From: Candidatus Latescibacterota bacterium
GTDB lineage: Bacteria; Latescibacterota; UBA2968; GCA-2709665
Direction of reading: 5' to 3'
DNA length: 64,000 nucleotides
Assembly: GCA_965116875.1 (NCBI GenBank)
Contig: OZ220733.1
Coordinates: 4,448,001-4,512,000, forward strand
In this document: piece by piece, positions 39,562 through 48,182 of the stretch
Numbering within the stretch: position 1 is the stretch's first letter
Layout of the letters: every line of letters starts with the position of its first letter
The notes under the pieces: generated by a model
Told to the model about the DNA's origin: nothing
Database searches by the model: none
What the model saw: the letters and a program-made list of their open reading frames with translations, nothing else
Translations under genes and position numbers: made by a program

Positions 39562-39955
39562 CCGCTTCCCGCCCGACGACCCACGGGAATGGCTGAACCG
39601 TGCCAGAAGCAATCTGGTTCGGGCAAAAAACCGGGTTTCTGGCGCTTATCTCGAAGACTTGTGTTTCGATGCCCAACAGGCGGCGGAGAAAGCCATCAAA
39701 GGCGTAATGATCGCATGCGATATTGCGTTTCCCTTTGTGCATGATCTCGATCAACTATTGACGGTATTGGAATCAACAGGCCAACATGTGCCCGACGAGA
39801 TTCTCCAGGCAGGGAAACTGACTCCGTATGCGACGGCGGCACGCTATCCCGGTATGGAGCAGCCAATCTCCGAACAGCACTACCTGGACGCGTTGGAAAT
39901 CGCCGTATCTGTCGTCCGATGGGCTGAGGATCGGGTTTCAACACAGAGAATGTAA
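39548..39955 (+). CDS. HEPN-domain protein
   Basis: EWLNRARSNL, CFDAQQAAEKAIK, HDL, RYPG; overlaps the MNT gene. Confidence 0.92.
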   Translation: MKPADRFPPDDPREWLNRARSNLVRAKNRVSGAYLEDLCFDAQQAAEKAIKGVMIACDIAFPFVHDLDQLLTVLESTGQHVPDEILQAGKLTPYATAARYPGMEQPISEQHYLDALEIAVSVVRWAEDRVSTQRM

Positions 39956-40187
39956 ACGACTGTGTTTTCTGCACAGACCCCCAGAGAAAACCCTTGGAAA
40001 GCAGACTGAAAAACACTAATTAGTTATCCAATTGAAAACTCTAAATTCGTGTGAATAGCGTCGTTACAGTGATCGTTACCTGGACTGACCGGAGCGATCG
40101 TTGACAACGCGCCGCGCGGTGAAGGGCGTTCTCAGCGAACCGCCGGGTTGAGCGTTCGGTAAGGCAGCGACGTAAGGGGTTTTTGAT

Positions 40188-40886
40188 TTGACCATGCTCT
40201 TTTTCATGTTGCTGGCAATCGTCCTTATTGTCCTTGCTCCCTTTCGTCTCCGGGTGCGCGGCGAGAACAGTTCCGGGCGGGGGCCAACCCTGGACATCCG
40301 CTTGAGGCCGTGGATCGGCCTGGCGGGCATCCGGCTGTTCTTCGCCGGCGGCGGTTGGCGTGTCGGCGCGCTTCTGGGCGGGTGGACGGTTTGGGCCGCG
40401 CCATTGAGAAGCGGAGAAGGCCGGAAGAAAAAACGGGTCGCCCGTGCGAAGGACAGGGCGGAAGCGGACGTATCGGACGGGTTTTCTGCAAGGGTTGAAC
40501 GGCTGGTACGGGCGGGTCGGCGCTTACGGAACCTGTCGCTGCCCGTGCGTCGGTCGGCTTTGCGTCTTCTGAATGGCTTCCGTCTTCGCCGCATTGAATG
40601 CAATGTAACGTTCGGCGCATCCGATCCGGCCACGACCGGACAGATTTACGGATATTTCATGGCCGCCTCGTCGCTGGCCGGAACAACGGGAAGCGTCAGC
40701 GCAACGCCCGATTTCGAGTCACAGCGTCTGGACGGGGAAGCCCAGGTGGAAATCCGGATGTACCCTCACAGGCTGTTTCTGGCATCCGCATATGTCGGGT
40801 GGCGCCTTGCGCTTGCATGGTTTTCGGAACGACGCAATCGGAAACAACCCGAGGAGGACGAAATCGGCGCTGGCGCGACGGGTTGA
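40188..40886 (+). CDS. DUF2953-like membrane-anchored protein
   Basis: N-terminal TM; FGASDPATTGQIYG; PDF; adjacent to ytfJ as is usual for this family. Confidence 0.75.
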   Translation: MTMLFFMLLAIVLIVLAPFRLRVRGENSSGRGPTLDIRLRPWIGLAGIRLFFAGGGWRVGALLGGWTVWAAPLRSGEGRKKKRVARAKDRAEADVSDGFSARVERLVRAGRRLRNLSLPVRRSALRLLNGFRLRRIECNVTFGASDPATTGQIYGYFMAASSLAGTTGSVSATPDFESQRLDGEAQVEIRMYPHRLFLASAYVGWRLALAWFSERRNRKQPEEDEIGAGATG

Positions 40887-40910
40887 GTGAACAGGCTTCA
40901 AGGAGGGATT

Positions 40911-41312
40911 ATGTCAGTTGAGGATCTCATCAGGACGGTGATGACGGAATTTCGGCAAATCGTCAAGGCGGAGACGGTCGTAGGGGAGCCGATCGAGTTC
41001 GGAGGCACGGTCGTGGTGCCGGTCTCGAGGATTTCGTTCGGATTCGGCGCGGGTGGCGGCGGGGACAAGTCGGAAGGCAGCGGGAGCGGCACCGGCGGAG
41101 GCGCATCCGTGGAACCTCTGGCATTTGTCGTGATTCGAGACGGAAAGGCCCAGATTCTTCCCCTCCAGGAAAAGGAAGGCTCCATCAAGGGGTTATTGGA
41201 TCTGGCGCCCGACCTCCTGTCGAAAGTGAAAGCTCTCAAGGAGAAACGGGACCGGAAGAAGGTCGATGCCGAGGCCGACACAGATTCCGGCGATGACGAC
41301 GTGAGCGCGTAG
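40911..41312 (+). CDS. YtfJ/GerW family protein
   Basis: TVVGEPI, VVPVSRISFGFGAGGG, GGGASVEPLAFVV; AGGAGG RBS. Confidence 0.9.
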   Translation: MSVEDLIRTVMTEFRQIVKAETVVGEPIEFGGTVVVPVSRISFGFGAGGGGDKSEGSGSGTGGGASVEPLAFVVIRDGKAQILPLQEKEGSIKGLLDLAPDLLSKVKALKEKRDRKKVDAEADTDSGDDDVSA

Positions 41313-41359
41313 CAGTCCGGATGGGCCTTGATCGACGGGCTTCCTGGACAGGGGCCGCC

Positions 41360-42580
41360 ATGGACCGGCTTCTGCTGCTTATTCCAACATCAAGCTACCG
41401 TACTCACGATTTCATGGCCGCGGCGGCTTCACTGGACGTCGCCGTTGTCGTGGGTTCAGACCGCCGCCAGGCGCTTGCGAACCAGACGCCCGGAAGAACG
41501 CTCGCTCTGGACTTCGGCAGGCCGGCAGCCTCGGTCCGCAAGATCGTCTCCTATTCGAAGGAATATCCGGTCCGGGCGGTGGTGGGCGTAGACGACGAGA
41601 CCGTGGTACTCGCCGCGATGGCCTGTGAGGCGCTCGGACTTCCACACAATCCGGTGTCGTCCGTCCGGGCGTCGCGGTACAAACACGTGATGCGCCGGAT
41701 GCTTGCCGGGAAAGGCCTGCCCTCGCCGGGGTTCAGGCTTTTTTCAATTCGGGACGAACCCGAGGAAGCCGCCGCGACGGTCAATTATCCGTGCGTATTG
41801 AAGCCTGTTTCTCTCTCCGGGAGCCGCGGTGTGATTCGGGCGGATCACAAAGCGGATTTCGTGATTGCTTTCGATCGGATTCTGGGATTGATATCGGAGT
41901 CCGAAGATGACTCGCCGGCAGCTGTTCTTGTGGAGGACTACATTCCCGGCCGGGAGGTCGCGCTGGAGGGACTGCTTGTCGACGGTGAACTCCATACCCT
42001 CGCTTTGTTCGATAAACCGGACCCGCTTTGCGGCCCGTATTTCGCCGAGACGCTGTACATTACGCCATCCCGGCTTTCAGAACGCGTCCAGGCGCGGATT
42101 CAAGACACGGCGCAACGGGCCGCACGGGCCATCGGATTGACCGTGGGGCCTGTACACGCGGAACTTCGGCTGAACGGGCGAGGCATCCACGTGGTGGAAA
42201 TCGCGGCGCGGTCCATCGGCGGGCTGTGTTCGCGGGTATTGAGATTTGGCGCGGGGGTGTCGCTGGAAGAACTGATTCTGCGCCAGGCAACGGGTCGCGC
42301 TCCGGGCGATTTACGCCGGGAAGATACCGCGGCAGGGGTAATGATGCTGCCGGTGCCGAAGCCGGGAAGGCTACGGATCGTGCGCGGGACGGAGGGTGCG
42401 CGGAGGGTGCCGGGAATTCTGGACGTTGCGATAACCGTTCCAGAAGGGCAGCCCGTTCAGCCGCTGCCCGAGGGTGACCGGTATCTGGGGTTCATCTTCG
42501 CGCGCGGGAGAACGCCCGAGGAGGTGGAAACGGCGCTAAGAGATGCCAATGGCCTGCTGGACGTCGAGATCGACCGCTGA
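41360..42580 (+). CDS. ATP-grasp domain protein
   Basis: YPCVLKP...SGSRGV, VEDYIPG, HAELR, EIAARSIGG. Confidence 0.9.
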   Translation: MDRLLLLIPTSSYRTHDFMAAAASLDVAVVVGSDRRQALANQTPGRTLALDFGRPAASVRKIVSYSKEYPVRAVVGVDDETVVLAAMACEALGLPHNPVSSVRASRYKHVMRRMLAGKGLPSPGFRLFSIRDEPEEAAATVNYPCVLKPVSLSGSRGVIRADHKADFVIAFDRILGLISESEDDSPAAVLVEDYIPGREVALEGLLVDGELHTLALFDKPDPLCGPYFAETLYITPSRLSERVQARIQDTAQRAARAIGLTVGPVHAELRLNGRGIHVVEIAARSIGGLCSRVLRFGAGVSLEELILRQATGRAPGDLRREDTAAGVMMLPVPKPGRLRIVRGTEGARRVPGILDVAITVPEGQPVQPLPEGDRYLGFIFARGRTPEEVETALRDANGLLDVEIDR

Positions 42581-42648
42581 ATGGCCGTGAACAAGCCGGT
42601 TGGACGGGGATCAATAACACCGGGTCTTTCTCTATCGGGTACTTCAGG

Positions 42649-44067
42649 TCAGACAAGAGCGAACTGCTCTTCGGTCGGCTCCGCTCAGCAGTACCAGGGT
42701 TCTGTGAGGCGGGGAAGCGACCGGCGGGTCGGGTCCGCATCGAATTCCGCCGCCGGGGCCGGGTGGCCCACGGCCCCATGCACATGCGACCGGATCCTGT
42801 GGAAGATCTCTTGCCGGATGGCGTCCCCGTTCTGAAGCCGTGTGACCAGTATGGTCAGTTCACTCTGGAGCCGGTCCAGACGAATATCGGGATGCGCCCA
42901 TGGGTGCGACAGTGCTTCCGGTTCGAACGGACCCACCAGGTTGCGGACCCCGGCAAGATCCAGCAACTTCGATCCCCCGGGGATAAGCAGCCGGATGGTG
43001 AGCTGAACGGGAGAGACATGCTCGATCAGGTCGAGGTCGGCGAGCGTATCCAGAAAGCGGGCGTACCCCTCCAGGGTGATCCAGGGCGTGAACGGGATAA
43101 ACGTCGGATTCATCACAAGCCCGTGTTCCTTGAAGAGGTCCACGACGTCGAAAAAGTCCTCGACCGTATGACCCTTGTCCAGCAGTGCGAGAACAGGGTT
43201 GTCAAGGGATTCGACGGCGGTCGTGACGAGTGCACACCCGGTTTCTCTGAGACGGGGCAGATAGCGGCGGTATTTCAGGAGATGTTCGATCTTTATGGTG
43301 ACGTCGTAGGTGAGGTCGGGAAATCTCCCATGAAGCGATTCGACGAGCGGCAGGGCGTGGCCGATGCCATTGAAGAAGTCCGGATCGCCAAACGTGATAT
43401 GGCCCGCTCCCGCGGCTACCTGTTGGGCGACGTCGTCCAGTACGACTTCGGGTTGCACGACCCGGAACCTGCCGCCGTACACAGGCACCACGGGACAGTG
43501 GCGGCACAGATGTTTGCAGCCGCGGCTTGCCTCTGTATAGCCGACGGTTTTCAGATGCCCGTCACCGGTTGAAAGTTTCGCGTAGCGCGACAGGTCAGGA
43601 AGGCCGGCACGGTCGGGTGGAAGAAAACGCTGTCTCGCGAGGGAAACGACGGTTTCTTCCTGGTCTCCGTTGGCTACTGAAGTCCCCCGCAGGCGATTGC
43701 ACAGTTGAAGCAGGCCGCTTTCGAATTCACCACCGAGAATGGTCTGTGCGCCCAGGCTCCTCAGGAACGATTCGTTAACCGAAGCGTAGAGACCATAAAA
43801 GCAGAGGTGCGCGTTGGCATTCAGCTTCCGCGCCCGCGAGGCAAGTGGTACGGCAAGGCGCGTCGCGGTATGCATCGGCACGTAGAATGCCACCAGATCG
43901 GCGTCTCGGACTTCATTGCCGGGAAAGTCTTCTATCGAAACGTCGGCCTGGACCACGTGGATGCCCGCCCTCCGCAACCACGCAGCCGGTGAGGCGAGGC
44001 CGAATGGCTGTCGGCCCAGTTCGTAGGCGGACACGAGTACGGCTTTGAAGGGGCGCGATGGGTTCAT
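42649..44067 (-). CDS. B12-binding radical SAM protein with C-U-A-E-P tail (predicted selenoprotein; Sec TGA at 42685-42687)
   Basis: CKHLCRHC (CxxxCxxC); N-terminal cobalamin-binding-like domain; reading through TGA gives EPWYC-U-AEPTEEQFALV*. Confidence 0.88.
42652..42684 (-). promoter_or_regulatory. Bacterial SECIS-like hairpin
   Basis: After UGA: GCGGAGCC GAC CG AAGAGC AGUUC GCUCUU GUC; apical loop starts at +20 with G as its second base. Confidence 0.75.
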
Positions 44068-44087
44068 GATCGTCAATGGTCGTTCGA

Positions 44088-44133
44088 CAAAAAAACGGCA
44101 GACAACGGGGAGGCCCCGTGAAGTCTGCCGTTT
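44088..44133 (-). terminator. Intrinsic terminator after nfuA
   Basis: Minus strand AAACGGCAGAC...GTCTGCCGTTT stem followed by a T-run. Confidence 0.7.
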
Positions 44134-44147
44134 GTCGCAGGCGTTCG

Positions 44148-44732
44148 CTATTTTGAGGTCTGGTAGTAGGGGTTCGTACCGTCCGCGTGTTCGGTCACGT
44201 CGAGGATTTCTTCAATTTCCGGCACAGCCTCCTTGATGAGCACTTCAACCCCCTGCTTGAGCGTGACATCCACCATTCCACAACCCTGACATCCACCGCC
44301 GAACTGGACGTATGCCTTGTTGTCCTTTACGTCGACCAGTGAGATTTGGCCGCCGTGCATGGCCACGCTGGGGTTGATCTTTTCGTCGATGATGTTCTGG
44401 ATCTTTTCGGCGGCCGTGCCCTTCAGATGCGACGGCACCTTGTTGGGATTCTCGATTTTGAAACCTCTGCCCATCAGGCTGTCCACGAAGTCCAGCGTAA
44501 TGTCCTCGGCGTAGGGAGCGCTTTCCGGATCTACGTAGATATTGAACCCGTCGAACGGCGTGACGACGTCATCGTCCTCCTCCTGTCCGCGGGCAACGAA
44601 TGCCAGACGGTAATTGGCCTGCAGCGGCGATACCGCCTCGGCCTTGACTCGAACGCCAACAATGTCAGACTCCTGGCTACCGATCAGGTTGACGACTTCC
44701 CTCTGCGCGGCTTCGGTAACGGTGATATTCAT
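44148..44732 (-). CDS. nfuA: NfuA-type Fe-S carrier
   Basis: Cys-less A-type N-domain (GFKIENPN) plus Nfu domain HGG...GGCQGC, HADGTNPYY. Confidence 0.9.
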   Translation of the reverse strand: MNITVTEAAQREVVNLIGSQESDIVGVRVKAEAVSPLQANYRLAFVARGQEEDDDVVTPFDGFNIYVDPESAPYAEDITLDFVDSLMGRGFKIENPNKVPSHLKGTAAEKIQNIIDEKINPSVAMHGGQISLVDVKDNKAYVQFGGGCQGCGMVDVTLKQGVEVLIKEAVPEIEEILDVTEHADGTNPYYQTSK

Positions 44733-44772
44733 ATCGACCTTCCCCCTGGAAAATTTGGCGGTACCCGTACGG

Positions 44773-45267
44773 TCAGGATTCAAGCGCCACGGCTGATCTT
44801 GCGGGTTGTTCCCGGTCTATCTTTTCCTGGATCTTCATCAGCGCGGACAACAGATCTTCGGGTCGGGGCGGACAGCCGGGCACGTAGACGTCGACCGGCA
44901 GGAACTGGTCCACACCCTGTACCAGCGTATAGGTATTGAAGACGCCTCCCGAGGACGCGCACGCGCCCATGGAAATCACCCACTTCGGATCCGGCATCTG
45001 GTCGTAGATCTTTTTCAACACCGGCATCATTTTGATGGATATCCTGCCGGATACGATGAGCAGGTCGGACTGACGGGGCGAGAACCGCACGGCTTCGGCG
45101 CCGAACCGGGCCATGTCGAAGCGTCCGGAGAGCGTGGCCATCATTTCGATGGCGCAGCAGGCCGTGCCGAACGGCATTGGCCAGAGAGAAGACTTGCGCG
45201 CCCAGTTGATCATCCTGGAAAGATTGGTCGTAATCACGTTGTCGCCAAGGCCCGTCTCAAGTCCCAT
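44773..45267 (-). CDS. nuoB: NADH-quinone oxidoreductase subunit B paralog (outside the nuo operon)
   Basis: [30 protein letters not shown]; AGAGGT RBS. Confidence 0.93.
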   Translation of the reverse strand: MGLETGLGDNVITTNLSRMINWARKSSLWPMPFGTACCAIEMMATLSGRFDMARFGAEAVRFSPRQSDLLIVSGRISIKMMPVLKKIYDQMPDPKWVISMGACASSGGVFNTYTLVQGVDQFLPVDVYVPGCPPRPEDLLSALMKIQEKIDREQPARSAVALES

Positions 45268-45353
45268 TGAATACCTCTGAAGGAATGTTTGGTGTCGTCA
45301 CATGGATTGCGACGGCGGGGGTGGCCCTGCGGCGCATCCTGTTGGGCGGGCAG

Positions 45354-45833
45354 CTAACCGGATACCTGAATCAACTCTTCGGTTACGTTCTGCAGACATA
45401 CGTCCATGGCCTGTTCTTCACCCAGCAGATCCTCGAGTGTGACGCGGCTGAGGAGCTGATCGATCACAGACTGCACCGAGCTCCACAGCGACCGGATGGA
45501 ACAGTCGACGGAGTGCGTGCACAGCCCATCTCGGCCGGCATGGTCGTCGCAGAATTCAGGATTGAACATCCGCCCGCCCAGGGCGGCCAGCACGTCTCCC
45601 ACGACGATCATATCGGCCGATTGCGCAAGCCGGTATCCTCCGGACTGACCACGCGAACTAGCGACAAAACCTCTCAGCCGAAGAAGACGCATCAGCTTTG
45701 CGACATTCGGGACCGAAAGGCCTTCAAGCTGACTGATTTCAGAGATGGAAAGGCCGCCGCCGGTTTCTCTTTGCCGTCTGCCGATCTGGATCAGGCATCT
45801 AAGCCCGTATTCTTCACCTGCGCTCAATTTCAT
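45354..45833 (-). CDS. Rrf2-family Fe-S transcriptional regulator
   Basis: EYGLRCL, SSRGQSGGYRL, three C-terminal Cys (FC..LCTHSVDC). Confidence 0.92.
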   Translation of the reverse strand: MKLSAGEEYGLRCLIQIGRRQRETGGGLSISEISQLEGLSVPNVAKLMRLLRLRGFVASSRGQSGGYRLAQSADMIVVGDVLAALGGRMFNPEFCDDHAGRDGLCTHSVDCSIRSLWSSVQSVIDQLLSRVTLEDLLGEEQAMDVCLQNVTEELIQVSG

Positions 45834-45922
45834 GAGAACGGTCGCATTTCTTGTCGGGATGGAGCCTGACTCGTGCCGTCAGTCGGGCTCACGCCGTGCG
45901 AATGGACCCTTGCAACGGACGG

Positions 45923-46426
45923 CTAGAGCAGCCCGAGTTCGAGCCTGGCGGCTTCGGACATCATTTCCGGTTTCCACGGCGGGTCGAAGGTCAGGTCCAG
46001 GACGACGTCGCGTACACCGGCAACCGACCGGGTGGCGCTCTCTACCTGGCCGGGGAGGATTCCCGCGGCCGGACAGGCGGGGGAGGTGAGGGTCATCCGG
46101 ACGTGGGTCATCCCCGTGGGTTCTACTTTGATATCGTATATGAGGCCGATATCGTAAATATTGACAGGAATCTCCGGGTCGAAGACCGTACGGTGGGCCG
46201 CGATGATGTTTTCCTTGACGGCTTCGGTGTCTATTGGGCCGCTGGATTCAACCGCGTCGGCCGCCGCATGCCGTTCTTCCGCCCGTTCCGCGGCGTGCGC
46301 TTCCAATGCGCTTGTATCCACCGGATTCGCATCTTCCTTCTCGCCGGCATTCGGTACGCCTTCCTGAGCCACGATCTCGTCTTCTTTGTCGGTCCTGTAC
46401 AGACGGTTCAGCAATCGGTCGAGCAA
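45923..46426 (-). CDS. sufT: DUF59/SufT Fe-S assembly protein
   Basis: VFDPEIPVNIYDIGLIY, MTLTSPACP, FDPPW; AGGAGG RBS. Confidence 0.88.
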   Translation of the reverse strand: MLDRLLNRLYRTDKEDEIVAQEGVPNAGEKEDANPVDTSALEAHAAERAEERHAAADAVESSGPIDTEAVKENIIAAHRTVFDPEIPVNIYDIGLIYDIKVEPTGMTHVRMTLTSPACPAAGILPGQVESATRSVAGVRDVVLDLTFDPPWKPEMMSEAARLELGLL

Positions 46427-46449
46427 AGCGGATTCCTCCTGGTCTTCAA

Positions 46450-46902
46450 TTACTCGGTGGTCACCGGCTGACTGCTGTTTTCAAGTGCAGCCACAAGGGT
46501 GTGCCACGGGAGCGTTGCGCATTTGATGCGCACGGGAAATTCGCGCACGCCGGTAAAGACCGCCAGTTTACCCATCCCGTCCGCATTGGGCGGAGATGAA
46601 ACGTCGCTCGTCACCAGGTCACGGAACTTTCCGAAGAGCGACTCTGCTTCCGCCAATGTCCGGCCCTTGACTGCATCGGTCATCAGGGAAGCAGACGCTT
46701 TCGAAATGGCGCATCCCGAGCCGTGAAAGGCGATGTCCTCGATCCGGTCGCCACTCAGTTTGATATAGAGATTCAGGTGATCGCCGCACAGCGGATTGTG
46801 ACCTTCGGACGTGCGGTCCGGATCGACTATGGCCCGGAAGTTCCGCGGACTCTTGTTGTGGTCCAGGATGACCTGCTGGTATAGTTCCCTGAGATCGGAC
46901 AT
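46450..46902 (-). CDS. sufU: SufU sulfur-transfer/scaffold protein
   Basis: LYQQVILDH, NPLCGD, GCAISKAS, RIKCATLPW. Confidence 0.93.
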   Translation of the reverse strand: MSDLRELYQQVILDHNKSPRNFRAIVDPDRTSEGHNPLCGDHLNLYIKLSGDRIEDIAFHGSGCAISKASASLMTDAVKGRTLAEAESLFGKFRDLVTSDVSSPPNADGMGKLAVFTGVREFPVRIKCATLPWHTLVAALENSSQPVTTE

Positions 46903-48182
46903 CAGTTGAAGACCTCATGGGCCGTCTGCAGCGCATGAACGAACGTATCGATGTCTTCCCGCGTATTGTAGAACGCGGTGGCGGCACGCGTTGTTGCGGG
47001 AATATTGAAGTGGCGCATGACGGGTTGGGCACAGTGGTGTCCGGCTCGGACCGCCACGCCCTGCTGATCGACAATAGTGCCCACGTCGTGCGGGTGCACG
47101 CCATCCATCACAAAGGAAATGACGCTGACCTTTTTTCTCGCGGTACCAATGATTCTCAAACCCGAAACCTCGGAAAGGGCGTCCGTTGCGTAGGAAAACA
47201 GCTCATTCTCGTACGCGGCGGCGGCTTCCAGGTCGATCCGGTTCAAATAGTCGATGGCGGCGCCCAGACCGATACAGCCGGCAATATGGGGCGTGCCCGC
47301 TTCGAAACGGGCCGGTGGATCGGCATATGTCGATTTTTCGAGCGAGACGTGTCGAATCATGCCGCCTCCTCCCCTGTATGGCGGCATCGAATCCAGCAGT
47401 TCGCTTCTTCCGTAGAGTACTCCTATGCCGGTGGGACCGTATAGCTTGTGCCCCGAAAAAGCGTAGAAGTCGCACCCTAACGACTGAACGTCCACCTTGA
47501 AATGGGGGACTGCCTGTGCGCCGTCCAGCAGTACGGGGATACCGCGTTCGCGCGCCGCTTCCGTGATTGAAGCAACCGGATTGAGGGTGCCCAGGACATT
47601 CGACACGTGTACGACGGATACAAGTCTGGTACGTTCGGTAAGCAATGGCTCGAGCCTGTCGATCTGAAGCTCGCCGCTGTCGTTTATGGGGATAACACGG
47701 AGTTTCGCACCTTTTTCCTCACAGAGCATCTGCCAGGGAACGATATTCGAATGGTGCTCCATTGCGGTAACGAGGATTTCGTCGCCGGCGCCGACGGTCT
47801 TTCTTCCGAACGTCTGGGCGACGAGATTGATGCTGTCCGTGGTTCCGCTGGTAAAGATGATTTCCCGGTCGTGTGCCGCGTTCAGGAAGTGGCGGACCTT
47901 GTCTCTCGCACTCTCGTAGGAATCCGTTGCGATCTGGCTGAGATGATGGACGCCGCGGTGCACGTTCGCATTCGCCGCTTCGTAGAAGACTTCGAGGACG
48001 TCAAGTACATCTCTGGGCTTCTGGGTTGTGGCGGCGTTGTCCAGGTAGACCAGCGGCTTGCCCCGGACGAATTGGTCCAGAACCGGAAAATCACGCCGGA
48101 TACGGTAGGGATCGAAGGGCCCCGCGCGTTCGATGAGCGGGCAGGAGAGCCGTTCGGCCAGGGCATGGGCGGTAGAGCTCAT
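46902..48182 (-). CDS. sufS: Cysteine desulfurase SufS
   Basis: YLDNAATTQKP, FSGHK, FEAGTP, RAGHHCAQP. Confidence 0.96.
   Translation of the reverse strand: MSSTAHALAERLSCPLIERAGPFDPYRIRRDFPVLDQFVRGKPLVYLDNAATTQKPRDVLDVLEVFYEAANANVHRGVHHLSQIATDSYESARDKVRHFLNAAHDREIIFTSGTTDSINLVAQTFGRKTVGAGDEILVTAMEHHSNIVPWQMLCEEKGAKLRVIPINDSGELQIDRLEPLLTERTRLVSVVHVSNVLGTLNPVASITEAARERGIPVLLDGAQAVPHFKVDVQSLGCDFYAFSGHKLYGPTGIGVLYGRSELLDSMPPYRGGGGMIRHVSLEKSTYADPPARFEAGTPHIAGCIGLGAAIDYLNRIDLEAAAAYENELFSYATDALSEVSGLRIIGTARKKVSVISFVMDGVHPHDVGTIVDQQGVAVRAGHHCAQPVMRHFNIPATTRAATAFYNTREDIDTFVHALQTAHEVFN

Noticed and set aside
40080-40190. GC-rich leader before DUF2953 as a possible riboswitch
   Set aside because: No match to any riboswitch consensus I can recognise
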